DNA of 64,000 nt from Verrucomicrobiia bacterium. GTDB taxonomy: Bacteria; Verrucomicrobiota; Verrucomicrobiia; Palsa-1439. Below the pieces are notes generated by a model that was not told the DNA's origin, did not search any database, and saw nothing but the letters and a program-made list of their open reading frames with translations. The position numbers and the translations under genes are program-made. The stretch is from contig DATKNW010000041.1 of assembly GCA_035541135.1 (NCBI GenBank), forward strand, positions 30,565-94,564, written 5' to 3'. This document shows, in pieces, positions 30,789 through 41,844 of this stretch (position 1 is the stretch's first letter; the number at the start of each line of letters is the position of its first letter).

Positions 30789-30802
30789 TGCATACTGATG
30801 CA
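30789..30802. promoter_or_regulatory. palindromic motif ATGCATACTGATGCAT (16-bp form) in the divergent region between the PEP-CTERM gene and the LacI gene
   Basis: Extended 16-bp form (30788..30803) is two self-palindromic ATGCAT hexamers separated by ACTG. It lies ~140 bp upstream of 27452..30649 and ~25-60 bp upstream of the LacI start. Confidence 0.4.
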
Positions 30803-30825
30803 TTTGGCTTCCATTTCCGCTCCGC

Positions 30826-31905
30826 TTGGCGTATTCTGCTCTCGTTTTTGACAGAGTACGTATGGAACAGACGCCTCCAAAGCCGCGTATTAGTTTGCAC
30901 GATATTGCCCGGCGACTGAACGTAAGTCAGCCGACCGTCTCGCGCGCGTTGAAAGACGATCCCCGCATTTCCATCGCCACGCGTGAACGGGTGCAACGCG
31001 TCGCCCGCGAGATGGGGTACCAGCCCGATCCGATGCTCACGGCACTCGCCCATTACCGCCGCGGAAAAACTCAAACGCCCGTCAGTTCTGCGCTTGCCTG
31101 GATCAACCGCTGGACAAAACCGGAGCAACTCCGTCGACACCAGGAATTCGAGTTATACTGGAAAGGCGCGACGCAAGAAGCTGAACGTTGCGGGTATCGG
31201 CTTGAGGAGTTTGTCTGCGATGAGCGCTTGCCACTGCCCAGGCTGGAGAAAATTCTTCTGACCCGCAATATCCGTGGCATTCTGATTCCGCCGCATCTTT
31301 CCTGCCCCGACTGGGGCGATTTTGATTGGGCCCAGTTTTGCGTAGTCCGATTCGGTCATTCCATCGACACACCTCGCGCCCACCTGGTCACCAGCGACCA
31401 ACTGACCGACAGTTTGATGGCCTTTCAGCACATCCTGAAAATGGGATACCGGCGGATCGGCTTTGTAGCCGCCGACCAACCGCATATCCGATTCAAGGCC
31501 GGCTATTTATTTGCCCAGTTAACTCTCGATCTGAAACAACGGCTTCCGTTGCTGGATTTGACAGACCCCAACTCCGAGGAGGGCAAGCGGCGACTAGCCT
31601 CGTGGTTGAAGCAGGTCCAGCCAGACGCGATTCTTACGGATGTCGCCCCTTTGCGAGATATGCTCTCCAAACTTCGTTGGCGCGTGCCCGAGGACGTTGG
31701 ACTGGCCGCCCTGAGCGTGCTGGATGGAAACGCCGACGCCGGAATTTATCAGAATTCAGCCGAGATTGGGCGGGCGGCGGTGCAATTGGTCATTTCGTTG
31801 ATCCACCACAATGAACGCGGCGTTCCCGAGGTTTGCCGCGAACTACTTGTCGAAGGTCAATGGGTCGATGGTCAAACGCTGCCAACACGTAATGGCAAAC
31901 GCTGA
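30826..31905 (+). CDS. LacI family transcriptional regulator
   Basis: N-terminal HTH ISLHDIARRLNVSQPTVSRALKDDPRISIATRERVQRVAREMGYQPD followed by a periplasmic-binding-protein-like sugar-sensor domain. Alternative start ATG at 30862 (MEQTPPKP). Confidence 0.85.
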   Translation: MAYSALVFDRVRMEQTPPKPRISLHDIARRLNVSQPTVSRALKDDPRISIATRERVQRVAREMGYQPDPMLTALAHYRRGKTQTPVSSALAWINRWTKPEQLRRHQEFELYWKGATQEAERCGYRLEEFVCDERLPLPRLEKILLTRNIRGILIPPHLSCPDWGDFDWAQFCVVRFGHSIDTPRAHLVTSDQLTDSLMAFQHILKMGYRRIGFVAADQPHIRFKAGYLFAQLTLDLKQRLPLLDLTDPNSEEGKRRLASWLKQVQPDAILTDVAPLRDMLSKLRWRVPEDVGLAALSVLDGNADAGIYQNSAEIGRAAVQLVISLIHHNERGVPEVCRELLVEGQWVDGQTLPTRNGKR

Positions 31906-32019
31906 TGCACCGATCGCAGCTTATACGCAACCACTTACACGATATTATGGCGCCATATATACAGGTGACTTCGACAAACTCGTTGGCCACGTCGCATAAC
32001 TTGAGCGCGGCCCTGATGG

Positions 32020-32033
32020 TTATACTGATGCAT
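32020..32033. promoter_or_regulatory. degenerate copy of the palindromic motif (GTTATACTGATGCA) upstream of the heparinase/GH operon
   Basis: Right arm and spacer are conserved and the left arm is degenerate. The site is ~315 bp upstream of ATG 32349. The downstream region is locally AT-richer (tattatgcgtactccatcatgaatcc). Confidence 0.25.
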
Positions 32034-32348
32034 ACACATCACAAGAGTATTATGCGTACTCCATCATGAATCCTCATAACGCGCCAATATACGAGATACG
32101 TGCTCGCAGCCTTGTCACAGCGTTCACGCCCCTTCCAATAAGGATTGGAGAGGAGAACTCGCTACTGGTTGATGGCGCAATTAGAAGAAGGACTGATCGC
32201 CCGTGATCTCGTTACACCAACGACTAACAACCGCCGCGCAACCAGACCGGGAACGTTCTGAGTCGAAAAGAATTGACGTTACTGCGAACATCCTGTTTTC
32301 TACGAGCAGTTGTTTGACGGTGCGAGCGCATTTCTACGTCACATAACC

Positions 32349-34547
32349 ATGAATTCTTACAGTTCATTCTTCACTTGGATCAACACTGATAGGCCGGGCC
32401 TCGAACATGTGAGGGCAAAGGCGGACGCCAGGCAATTTGAGGAGGCGGCCGAGGCGCTACTGGCCTATTATCGGACGCGGAAAGGCGTCAATTACTACAA
32501 CGGTTGGGACAGGCGCGAGTTGAATTCCCAGTATGACACCACCCAGGCCGACCAAATTTGCCAAAATCACATACTGGGCCAGAAACTGCCGCAGGACATT
32601 GATTGGCAGGCGGACCCGCACCACGACCCTGAATGGAAGTATTGCCTTCACCGACACGAGTACTTAACCGAATTAGGCCGTGCATATTGGTACACCGGCA
32701 ACGAGAAGTACACCCTGGCGTTCAAGCGGCTTCTCACCGACTGGATCAAGAAGAATCCGATGCCGGACCTGGAATGGATGCTGAACGTGCCGAGCGAAAC
32801 GAGCCGGATGCACTTCATGAGGATGGGCAACTGGAGGCCGCTGACACTTGGCATCCGCATGTACACCTCGTTTGTCCCGTGTTTTTATCACTTCCTGCAC
32901 TCCCCCAACTTCACACCGGATTTTCTCGTTCAGATGCTCACCTCGATGGTGGAACACGCCCGGCATACGCGACTGTATTACACGCGGCATAAGAGCTACT
33001 TCAACGTGTCACCCAACTGGGGATTGATGGAGTCGAACGGCCTCGCCCACATGGGCATCTTGTTCCCGGAATTCAAGGAGTCGACGGACTGGCAGGTCGA
33101 GGCGATGTCGCGGTTTGAGGAACAGGCGCGGATGCAGGTGCTTCCCGACGGGATGCAAGTCGAGCGCGCCTCGGGCTATCATCTGGTCTGCACGTTCTGC
33201 TTTCTGCAGATTCTTGACCTGGCCCTGCGCAACAACATCCGCGTAAGCGACACGTACAAGAAGGTCGCCGAGTCGATGATTGACTGGGTCATGAGTGTGA
33301 TGAAACCGCACGGCGTCTACCCGATGTTGAAAGACGGCGACGAAAGCGATGTCTTCGGCGTGCGCGCGTCGTATGGGTTGTGGGAGGACATTAACAACCT
33401 GAACATGCTCGAAGACGCCAACGATCTGCGCTGGGTGCTCAAGACCGGCGCGCGCTTGTTCGACCGACCGGACATGTTGTCCGTGGCAACACATGGCAAG
33501 TCCGGGCACAAACCCAAGATCGGTTCCGTCGCCCTGCGCGAATCCGGCTTCTATACGATGCGGACTGGTTGGGAGCACGACGACCTTTATTCGATATTCA
33601 CCTGCGGGGAATTGGGCGTAATGGACCAAAGCTGCGTGCACGGCAACGCCGATGCGCTAAGCCTCGACCTATCCGGTTTTGGGGAGACGTTGCTCATCGA
33701 CCCGGGCCGGTATATGTACGAAGGTCCGTACCGGATTTGGTTTAAATCCACCAAAGCCCATAACACGATCGTCGTGGACGGCCAGGATTCTTCGGAGCTT
33801 GCCGACGGATGGATGTTCAAGACCAAGGCGAACAGTACGCTGAACTGCTGGGCCGCGACGGATCAGTTTGACTATGTGGATGGCTGGCATGACGGCTACC
33901 AACGACTGAAAGACCCGGTCACGCACCGTCGCCGCATCGTGTTCATCAAACCCTGTTTCTGGCTCGTCCTCGATGAACTAACGGCCGGCGCGCCCCACTT
34001 GTACGACCAGTATTTTCATTTCGGCGCTGACGCCGAACTCACCCAGGGTGACAATCTCTCCTTCACGGGCCGGTACAAAAACGGGGCGGGTATCATGATC
34101 AGCCCGTTGATCAGCAACGGGCTCAAGGTGGAGACCTATCGCGGCAGCACTGATCCGATCCAAGGCTGGGTTTCGTACGATTACGGAGTCAAGCGGCCGG
34201 CCCACGCGCTGAAGTTTTCCAAATCGGACAACCAGACGACGTATTTCGCAACGCTCCTGGTGCCGTTCAAGAATCGACCAAGGGCATACCAGGCAGAGGT
34301 TCTCAACGAGAAGGCATACCGCATAACTGATGATGCCGGCTCGCATTTGATTCTATTCTCAGACGGCTCCGAAACCAAGCAGGGTGACTTTGAATTTGAC
34401 GGTGAAGTGTTATGTGCACGGTTCGACAATCGCGGCAGATTGACAACTTGTTCTGGAGCGCACACTTCACTTATCAACTATAAGGGGAAACGATTACTGG
34501 ATTCCGTCGGGCGCATGAAAATAGATGCGGGCAACGTGATGTCTTAA
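32349..34547 (+). CDS. heparinase II/III-like protein (polysaccharide lyase-like), no signal peptide
   Basis: ORF 32310 uses TTG and the first ATG is at 32349. Heparinase II/III N- and C-domain blocks: DPEWKYCLHRHEYLTELGRAYWYTGNEKY; NWGLMESNGLAHMGILFPEF; CVHGNADALSLDLSGFGETLLIDPGRYMY; KAHNTIVVDGQDS. Confidence 0.8.
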   Translation: MNSYSSFFTWINTDRPGLEHVRAKADARQFEEAAEALLAYYRTRKGVNYYNGWDRRELNSQYDTTQADQICQNHILGQKLPQDIDWQADPHHDPEWKYCLHRHEYLTELGRAYWYTGNEKYTLAFKRLLTDWIKKNPMPDLEWMLNVPSETSRMHFMRMGNWRPLTLGIRMYTSFVPCFYHFLHSPNFTPDFLVQMLTSMVEHARHTRLYYTRHKSYFNVSPNWGLMESNGLAHMGILFPEFKESTDWQVEAMSRFEEQARMQVLPDGMQVERASGYHLVCTFCFLQILDLALRNNIRVSDTYKKVAESMIDWVMSVMKPHGVYPMLKDGDESDVFGVRASYGLWEDINNLNMLEDANDLRWVLKTGARLFDRPDMLSVATHGKSGHKPKIGSVALRESGFYTMRTGWEHDDLYSIFTCGELGVMDQSCVHGNADALSLDLSGFGETLLIDPGRYMYEGPYRIWFKSTKAHNTIVVDGQDSSELADGWMFKTKANSTLNCWAATDQFDYVDGWHDGYQRLKDPVTHRRRIVFIKPCFWLVLDELTAGAPHLYDQYFHFGADAELTQGDNLSFTGRYKNGAGIMISPLISNGLKVETYRGSTDPIQGWVSYDYGVKRPAHALKFSKSDNQTTYFATLLVPFKNRPRAYQAEVLNEKAYRITDDAGSHLILFSDGSETKQGDFEFDGEVLCARFDNRGRLTTCSGAHTSLINYKGKRLLDSVGRMKIDAGNVMS

Positions 34548-34640
34548 CGACGGTGAGTTTTTCGCAGCTTGAGGACCTCAGCCCACTTTCCAACATTTCA
34601 CCACTCATTACAACGAAACGGTTCAGGGGAACACCAGCGT

Positions 34641-36488
34641 ATGTATAACACCAACACAAACGATAAGCAGCGGGACAAATTCATCAACGGGATCATTTCC
34701 ACAATGTCGCTCGACCAGAAAGTTGGTCAGTGCTTTACGATCCATTGGGGCGGGTCGATGGTTACTCCGTACCTACTGGAGGCGATCGAGCGGCTCCACA
34801 TCGGGGGCATCCGCGTGACGCCATTCGGTCAGAACTCGAGGCGCGGCAAGCACTATCACCAAGATCTTAGTTACGACTACACCTTTTCCACAGGTTACAC
34901 ACCAATCAAGCAGAACTTGTTCATTCCTGGGTCAGAGGTGTATGTCTCACCCGAGGATTACGCGGAACGGCTGAATCAATTACAGGCAGTAGCCTGCAAA
35001 CGCAAGCCGGGGATTCCCTTGCACGTGTCTATCGATCAGGAAGGCGACATTAGCCGTGACTACTGCATGGGCGGGATCAACTTATTCCCTTCAGCCATGG
35101 GACTAACCGCCACTGGCGATCCGAAGCTAGTCTACGAGGCCTGCAAGGCGGTCGCCACACAACTCAGTGCCATTGGCGCCACGAATATCCACTCGCCCGT
35201 GCTGGACGTGAACCTGAATCCAAACAATCCCGAGATTAACATCCGAGCGTACGGTGATGATGCCGAGGTTGTCGCGGAATATGCACTGGCTTCCATTCGA
35301 GGATACATGGACGGAGGATTGGTTCCGACGGCCAAACATTTCCCGGGACGGGGCAATTCCGACGTCGATGCGCACTACGCGTTGCCGGAGGTTCCCGGCA
35401 ACTGGGAACGACTGGAGAGGGTGGAGCTGTTTCCCTATCGCCGTTTAATTGAGAACGGGCTTCCCAGCATTATGCTGGCGCATACAGCGGTGCCTGCAGC
35501 CGATCCGAGCATGGAGATTTCGACTGTGTCGCGTAAGATCGTGACCGGACTACTGCGCGAACGGCTGGGATTCAACGGTGTTATTACGACGGACTCCATT
35601 ACCATGGGTGCGTTGATGAAGAAGTACGGGGTTGCCAAATCCTGCGCGCTGGCGATCAAGGCAGGCTGCGACCTCGTGCTGAACAAGACCGAGGACGAGT
35701 TCCGCGACCAGGCATTCTGCGAGTTGAAGCGGTTTGTCGAAGACGGAGAAGTAACGGAGGAACAATTGGACGTAGCGGTGCGACGCATCCTGACGATGAA
35801 GTACAATCTGGGGCTACTCCAGCGCCATGGCCAGGTCGATGCAGCGGCAGCCAGCAAGCCGATTCGGGACAAATACATTATCACCACTGCGCGCAAGGTC
35901 GCGGAGAAATGCGTGACCGTCTTGCGCGACGAAGAGAAACTGCTTCCCCTCGAGCCGGGCCAGACCGTGATGGTGATTGAGCAACAGGTGCTCGACGGGT
36001 ATGCCGGATTTGACGTGCACTGCCACAAGAAGATGTTCAACGCCGTCATGTATGAACAGTCGAAAAACATCATCGGCTTGGACACGAAGTTTAAGGCTTC
36101 CAAGGAAGACGAAGAGTTCCTGATGCAATATATCGATCAAGCGGATGTGATCGTCGCCACCAATTATTACTGGCGACTCTGTCCGGCCAACAACACGGAT
36201 CTCATCAGGCAACTGATTGCCAAAGGCAAAAAGGTGATCGTTGTGACCAACTGTCCTTACGAGATGGGGGTCCCGGCGGAAGCCAAGACCGTGATCTGCA
36301 ATTATTCGGTAACTCCCGAAAGCCTTCGGGCGGCGGCCCGGGTCATCTATGGGAAACTCAAGCCGCAGGGCAAGTGGATGTTGAAACATTACGCCAAACC
36401 CGTCCGGTCCAAGGGAGAAACTTCGTTCAAGCTGATGGGGGGCATCACGGCGTCAGGCGAGAACGAGATCACGCAGGTTGTGTTTTAG
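34641..36488 (+). CDS. glycoside hydrolase family 3 protein (NagZ / beta-glucosidase-like), apparently cytoplasmic
   Basis: First ATG at 34641 (ORF 34569 begins with TTG), preceded by aggggaa. GH3 blocks: PLHVSIDQEGD; KHFPGRGNSDVDAHYALPEV; GFNGVITTDSITMGAL; GCDLVL. No signal peptide. Confidence 0.8.
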   Translation: MYNTNTNDKQRDKFINGIISTMSLDQKVGQCFTIHWGGSMVTPYLLEAIERLHIGGIRVTPFGQNSRRGKHYHQDLSYDYTFSTGYTPIKQNLFIPGSEVYVSPEDYAERLNQLQAVACKRKPGIPLHVSIDQEGDISRDYCMGGINLFPSAMGLTATGDPKLVYEACKAVATQLSAIGATNIHSPVLDVNLNPNNPEINIRAYGDDAEVVAEYALASIRGYMDGGLVPTAKHFPGRGNSDVDAHYALPEVPGNWERLERVELFPYRRLIENGLPSIMLAHTAVPAADPSMEISTVSRKIVTGLLRERLGFNGVITTDSITMGALMKKYGVAKSCALAIKAGCDLVLNKTEDEFRDQAFCELKRFVEDGEVTEEQLDVAVRRILTMKYNLGLLQRHGQVDAAAASKPIRDKYIITTARKVAEKCVTVLRDEEKLLPLEPGQTVMVIEQQVLDGYAGFDVHCHKKMFNAVMYEQSKNIIGLDTKFKASKEDEEFLMQYIDQADVIVATNYYWRLCPANNTDLIRQLIAKGKKVIVVTNCPYEMGVPAEAKTVICNYSVTPESLRAAARVIYGKLKPQGKWMLKHYAKPVRSKGETSFKLMGGITASGENEITQVVF

Positions 36489-36545
36489 TGGGAAACACGG
36501 AGATTGTGGCGGCGTGTCGCGATTACCAGTGGTGTGAGCTCGGCC

Positions 36546-38453
36546 ATGGACCAGAAGCCAAAGAGTGACGATACATTTCAGGCCAGAGTCGTCTCGCCAG
36601 ACGGTCACCTGAAAATGACGTTCCTGCACCGGGTTGATGGGGAAAGGCTTCCGCGGATGTTCTACCAGATCGACTTTCAGGAGCGGCCTGTCATTCTTGA
36701 ATCCGAACTCGATATCCGTTTGGACAACCATCTGTCCGAGTTGGCTCTGGGATTGAAACCGGACACGCGAGAACGATGGTGTGAGAACCTGATCATAAAG
36801 GAAGTCCGGGAAACCAGCAATGACTCGGTCTGGCAACCACCATACGGAGAAAAGAGCCGGATATGCGACAACTATCGCCAGACCACGATCCATCTGGTCA
36901 AGGACGACAACCCGACCTACGAACTGCATCTGATCATACGGGCCTACAATGAAGGCATCGCGTTCCGGTACTTCTTCCCCGAGGATCCTAAGGCGGTGTA
37001 TTATCAGATCACGGCCGAGAACACGCAATTCACGCTGCCTCCGGGCACGCAGGCGTACTTCACGAACTGGGCGCAAGGGGCGTACACGTGTCTGCCCTTG
37101 AAGGATTGGCCAGATCGGAGCGAGCGACCTCTCACGCTCCAACTGAAGAACGGGCTGTATGTCTGCCTGGCCGAGGCGGAGATGGTGGATTACGCGCGCA
37201 CCCATTTCGCGCTGAGCCGCGAGAAGCCCGACACCATCGTCACGTCCCTGTACAGCGGGGTGGATCTGATCACGCCGTTCGGTACGCCGTGGCGTGTGGT
37301 GATGGTGGCCGAAAAACCGGGAGACCTGATCGAAAACAATCACATCATCCTGAATCTGAATCCTCCCTGCGCCATCGACGACACGAGCTGGATCAAGCCC
37401 GGCAAGGTCATTCGTGACATGACCGTCTCAACACGGGGCGCCAAAGCGTGTGTCGATTTTGCCGTGAAACACAAGCTTCAATATGTCGAGATCGATTGGG
37501 GATGGTACGGCGTAGAGCGAATCTTCGCTTCGGACGCGCGCAAAGTGGACGTGGATCCCCGGTTGAATCCCAATCGCGACCTCGACCTCCCCGAGGTGAT
37601 TCGATATGCCAAGGCCAACGATATCGGAATTATCGTTTATGTGAATCAGCGCGCGTTGCTCCGGCAAATCGACGAAATCCTCCCTCTCTATCAGAAATGG
37701 GGACTTGCCGGCGTGAAGTTTGGCTTCGTGCAGGTGGGTTCACATCGTTGGACCACGTGGCTGCATGAGGCGGTCAAGAAAGCCGCCGCGCACCGCCTCC
37801 TTGTTGACGTTCACGACGAATACCGGCCGACCGGTTTCAGCCGGACGTATCCGAATTTGCTGACGCAGGAGGGCATTCGTGGGAACGAAGAAATGCCCGA
37901 CGCCACTCACAACACGACGCTGCCGTTCACGCGCTACATCGCCGGAGCCGCCGACTATACGATCTGTTATTACAAGCAGAAAGAGTTGAGCGATTTTCAT
38001 GGCAAACTGATCAAGACGACCTCAGCGCACCAGTTGGCTCTGGCAGTCGTCTATTATAGTCCTCTCCAATTTCTGTTCTGGTACGATAAGCCGTCGGACT
38101 GCCAGGATGAGCCGGAGATCGAGTTCTTCGAGCAAGTCCCGGCCGTTTGGGACGAGACCAGAGTTCTCGCGGGCGAGGTTGGGCAATACATCGCCACCGC
38201 CCGTCGCAGCGGCGAAGACTGGTTCGTGGGTATCATCACTAACAATGATGCACGCGAATTGAAGATTCCGTTAGGGTTCCTGCCGTCGAGAACAAAATAC
38301 ATTGCCACCATTTATTCCGACGATCCCTCGATCAATACGCGGACACATGTGAGCGTTAGGGACATCGAACTACACGCCTCACAAACGATTGACGCGAAGT
38401 TGTTGCCCTCCGGCGGAATGGCCATCTTATTGAAACCCAGGATCGCAACCTAA
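36546..38453 (+). CDS. glycoside hydrolase family 97 protein (alpha-glucosidase / alpha-galactosidase family), no signal peptide
   Basis: First ATG at 36546 (ORF 36504 begins with TTG). GH97-type N-domain SPDGHLKMTF...FYQIDFQERPVILESELDIRL. Hallmark TPWRVVMVA. Catalytic-domain blocks YVEIDWGWYG, GVKFGFV, TQEGIRGNE. Confidence 0.75.
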   Translation: MDQKPKSDDTFQARVVSPDGHLKMTFLHRVDGERLPRMFYQIDFQERPVILESELDIRLDNHLSELALGLKPDTRERWCENLIIKEVRETSNDSVWQPPYGEKSRICDNYRQTTIHLVKDDNPTYELHLIIRAYNEGIAFRYFFPEDPKAVYYQITAENTQFTLPPGTQAYFTNWAQGAYTCLPLKDWPDRSERPLTLQLKNGLYVCLAEAEMVDYARTHFALSREKPDTIVTSLYSGVDLITPFGTPWRVVMVAEKPGDLIENNHIILNLNPPCAIDDTSWIKPGKVIRDMTVSTRGAKACVDFAVKHKLQYVEIDWGWYGVERIFASDARKVDVDPRLNPNRDLDLPEVIRYAKANDIGIIVYVNQRALLRQIDEILPLYQKWGLAGVKFGFVQVGSHRWTTWLHEAVKKAAAHRLLVDVHDEYRPTGFSRTYPNLLTQEGIRGNEEMPDATHNTTLPFTRYIAGAADYTICYYKQKELSDFHGKLIKTTSAHQLALAVVYYSPLQFLFWYDKPSDCQDEPEIEFFEQVPAVWDETRVLAGEVGQYIATARRSGEDWFVGIITNNDARELKIPLGFLPSRTKYIATIYSDDPSINTRTHVSVRDIELHASQTIDAKLLPSGGMAILLKPRIAT

Positions 38454-39374
38454 ATGGGGAATCCTCTCACCGCAGCCATGACAATCCCAAGACATGATAG
38501 TTCTCTCGATTTCAAGCCCAAGCACAAATGGTTTCTCGGGTTCGACTCTGACGGGACGGTATTCAACTCGATGGAAATCAAACAGAAGCGCATTTTTCTG
38601 CCCCTCGCGGTAGAGCTGTTTGGTCTCCAAGCGGTTGCGAAGGAGTTTCACGAGATCGGGGAATCCATCAACCTGTACTCGGAAACCCGCGGGATTAATC
38701 GCTTCCAAGCGATGGCAAGGGCGCTTAATTCTCTGCAACGGCACCCGCAGGTGCGCGCCAAAGGAATCCGACTTCCCGATTTCTCAGCGCTGCAGGATTT
38801 CGTGCGTTCCGGTCGCGCGCTTACGACCGCTTCGCTGGCAGATTACAATCGCGAGAAATCAGATCCCTTCCTCGCAAAGGTAATCGCCTGGAGCACGCGC
38901 AGTGATGATCAGTACGCGCAAATTACAAAAGAGGAAGGCAACCCTCCTTATCCGCAGATTCGACCGGTGTTGGAGCGCGCGGCCGGTAATGCCGACCTCA
39001 TGATTGTTTCCGGCACGCCGCGTCGGGCGTTGCTACAGGATTGGGGGGACACAAATCTGTTGCCCTTCATCAACTTCATCGGATGCCAGGAGATGGGAAG
39101 CAAAACGGATCAATTGCGATTCGCGGTGAATGGCAACTACGAACCGCACCGGACGTTGATGATCGGCGATGCTCCCGGTGATCTCAAGGCGGCACAAGCG
39201 AACCACGTGATGTTTTACCCAATCATGCCCGGCCAGGAAGCGCAGTCTTGGGCTCGTTTTCTGGATGAAGGGTTCGACAGGTTTCTCAGCGAGCGGTACG
39301 CTGGCGATTACGAGCGACAACTGGTCGACGAGTTTGTCAGCCGGTTACGAATGGGCCACCCGAAGGAAGCCTAG
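38454..39374 (+). CDS. HAD-superfamily hydrolase (putative sugar phosphatase)
   Basis: ATG immediately follows the GH97 stop (taaATG). HAD motif I in FLGFDSDGTVF and motif IV in LMIGDAPGDLKAA. Confidence 0.65.
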   Translation: MGNPLTAAMTIPRHDSSLDFKPKHKWFLGFDSDGTVFNSMEIKQKRIFLPLAVELFGLQAVAKEFHEIGESINLYSETRGINRFQAMARALNSLQRHPQVRAKGIRLPDFSALQDFVRSGRALTTASLADYNREKSDPFLAKVIAWSTRSDDQYAQITKEEGNPPYPQIRPVLERAAGNADLMIVSGTPRRALLQDWGDTNLLPFINFIGCQEMGSKTDQLRFAVNGNYEPHRTLMIGDAPGDLKAAQANHVMFYPIMPGQEAQSWARFLDEGFDRFLSERYAGDYERQLVDEFVSRLRMGHPKEA

Positions 39375-39436
39375 GAGACCCTCGGCGTGAAAGCCGGGAA
39401 GGAGCACTACGCACGTTGCATCAGTGGTGTGGTACA

Positions 39437-41794
39437 ATGGCTCTCTCAATCGTCATATGCCGGCATCTTGAATCCGAAGCGCAAGTGAAACCCGACACGA
39501 ATACGCGCCTGACAGCAACTCCGTTTGCACTTTCTCAGGTTTGTCTGCAGGACGGGCCTTTCAAGGAACGCGAAGATGTCAATGCACGGTTTCTTCTGAC
39601 GGTCGACACAGACCGTTTGCTGGCCCGGTTCCGCCAGGAGGCCGGGCTTGCTCCCAAGGCGGAGCCGTACAGAGGATGGGAATCCAAGGAGCTCGGAGGC
39701 CATAGCCTTGGGCATTACCTCTCAGCTCTGTCTCTGCTTTACGCGTCGACGGGCAGTTCGCACGCGCTGGAACGCATTCGGTATATCATCGATGAACTCG
39801 ATGCCTGCCAGACCGCAAACGGTGGCGGCTACGTATTGTCCGTTCCTAGAAGGGTTTTTGAAGATCTTCGGCAGGGCAAAATCAAGGCCTCTGGGGCAAA
39901 CCTGAATGACTGCTGGGCACCGAACTATACACTCCACAAAATGTTGGCCGGCCTTCGCGACGCTTATCGTCTCGCAGGCAACAACAAGGCGCTCGAAGTG
40001 GAACGGAAGTTCGTGGACTGGCTGGCGGACGTCTTGTCCGGGCTCACGGAGGCCCAAATCCAGGAGATGCTCAAGGCGGAACACGGTGGGATGAACGAAG
40101 TGTTGGCCGATCTCGCGGCGGACGCCGGCGACGCGCGTTATCTGCGCATAGCGGAGAGAGAGTTCCATCACAAGGCCGTTCTCGACCCGCTCGCCAACGG
40201 CGAAGACAACCTGAACGGTCTTCACGGCAACACGCAGATTCCAAAAGTCATTGGCCTCGCCCGCGAGTACGAGATGACATCCAACCCGAAATGCCGCGTT
40301 GCAGTGGAGACATTCTGGGACAGCGTGGTGAACCGGCGCTCATTCGCCATGGGCGGGCACGGCGAAAGCGAATACTTTTTCCCACCGGAGCAATTTCCCG
40401 AGAAGCTGACGCCGTACACGGCCGAGACTTGCAACACCTACAACATGATCAAGCTCACGGGGCATTTGTTTTCGTGGGAACCGAAGGCGGCCCACATGGA
40501 TTTTGTGGAGCGCGCGTTGATCAACCACGTGCTCGCCAACATCGGACACCGGCCCGGCGAGTTTGGCTACTTCCTCAGCCTGGCCTCCGTCGGAGTCAAA
40601 GCGTTTTCGCCGCCGTTCGACGCGTGGTGGTGCTGCGTAGGGACGGGCATGGAAAACCCGGCCCGATATGGGGAGATGGTGTATTTCCACGGGCCGGACA
40701 CGCTGTGGGTGAACCTCTTTATGGGCAGCACGCTCGCGTGGGCGGAAAAAGGCGTGAGTTTCAGGCAGGAGACGCGTTTTCCTGAAGAGGATTCGGTGCG
40801 TCTCGTATTCACGTGCAAAAGGCCGGTGCCGTTCGCGCTGAAAATCCGTCACCCCTATTGGTGCGAACACCCGAAGGTGAAAATCAATGGCAAAGCGATG
40901 ACCGTGAAGTCTACGCCGTCTTCATACATGACATTCGAGCGCACTTGGAAGAGCGGCGACACAATACAATTGCGCCTGCCCATGGCGTTGCGTTTGGAGT
41001 TTTTGCCACATTCTGATGACAGGATTGTTGCCGTGATGTATGGACCGATCGTGCTGGCGGGCATCGTTCCCGTCGAACCGGGCGTTTCCAATCCGGCAAC
41101 GCAACGTTTTGCGGATCACCTCGCCGCGAAGAGAAAGTTCGACGCGTTTGCTCCTGTTTTCGTCGGCGCCAGCGCTGCCGACGTGGTGGCGCATCTGCGG
41201 CCGACGGGCGGAACGTTTGCCGAGTTCCGCAGCGAAGGAGTCGTCAAGCTCGCGGACCTCACGTTCGAGCCTCTCTATCGGGTCTACGAGGAACCTTATG
41301 CCGTCCAGTTTCCGTTGATGACGGCAGCGGAATGGGACCGTCGGGAAGTCGAGCTTCGCGCGGAGCAGGAGCAGCGGGCCCGATGGGAAGCCAACACGCT
41401 CGACACGGTCACGCCGGGTTTCCAGCAGTCCGAGATCGAGCACGGAATGCAGTCGGAAAACAGCACGACCGGGGATTTTCTTAATCGGAAGTGGCGGGAG
41501 GCGCACAATGGTTGGTTTTCCTATGAGATGGCCGTCGATCCCGCCGCGCCCAACGTCCTCGTTGCCACGTATTGGGGCGGCGAATGGCAATCCCACAACT
41601 TTGACATTCTGATCGATGGGCAGAAGATCGGCGCCCAGAAATTGCGCGCAAACAGCCCCGGAGATTTCTTCGAGGAGACTTATCCCATCCCGCTCGTCCT
41701 AACGAAGGGCAAATCGAACGTCACCATCCGGTTTCAAGCGCATGCGAACGACACGGCGGGCAGCGTTTACGGATTGCGCACGAGGCGGGACTAA
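39437..41794 (+). CDS. GH127 / DUF1680 family protein (beta-L-arabinofuranosidase-like)
   Basis: First ATG at 39437 (ORF 39416 begins with TTG). DUF1680/GH127 blocks: RFLLTVDTDRLLARFRQEAGL, YRGWESKELGGHSLGHYLSA, ETCNTYNMIKL, WWCCVGTGMEN. No obvious signal peptide. Confidence 0.75.
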   Translation: MALSIVICRHLESEAQVKPDTNTRLTATPFALSQVCLQDGPFKEREDVNARFLLTVDTDRLLARFRQEAGLAPKAEPYRGWESKELGGHSLGHYLSALSLLYASTGSSHALERIRYIIDELDACQTANGGGYVLSVPRRVFEDLRQGKIKASGANLNDCWAPNYTLHKMLAGLRDAYRLAGNNKALEVERKFVDWLADVLSGLTEAQIQEMLKAEHGGMNEVLADLAADAGDARYLRIAEREFHHKAVLDPLANGEDNLNGLHGNTQIPKVIGLAREYEMTSNPKCRVAVETFWDSVVNRRSFAMGGHGESEYFFPPEQFPEKLTPYTAETCNTYNMIKLTGHLFSWEPKAAHMDFVERALINHVLANIGHRPGEFGYFLSLASVGVKAFSPPFDAWWCCVGTGMENPARYGEMVYFHGPDTLWVNLFMGSTLAWAEKGVSFRQETRFPEEDSVRLVFTCKRPVPFALKIRHPYWCEHPKVKINGKAMTVKSTPSSYMTFERTWKSGDTIQLRLPMALRLEFLPHSDDRIVAVMYGPIVLAGIVPVEPGVSNPATQRFADHLAAKRKFDAFAPVFVGASAADVVAHLRPTGGTFAEFRSEGVVKLADLTFEPLYRVYEEPYAVQFPLMTAAEWDRREVELRAEQEQRARWEANTLDTVTPGFQQSEIEHGMQSENSTTGDFLNRKWREAHNGWFSYEMAVDPAAPNVLVATYWGGEWQSHNFDILIDGQKIGAQKLRANSPGDFFEETYPIPLVLTKGKSNVTIRFQAHANDTAGSVYGLRTRRD

Positions 41795-41844
41795 TAGGCG
41801 CTGCTGTCCGACCGCTGCAACGAATTGACACTGCCGGACGGGTC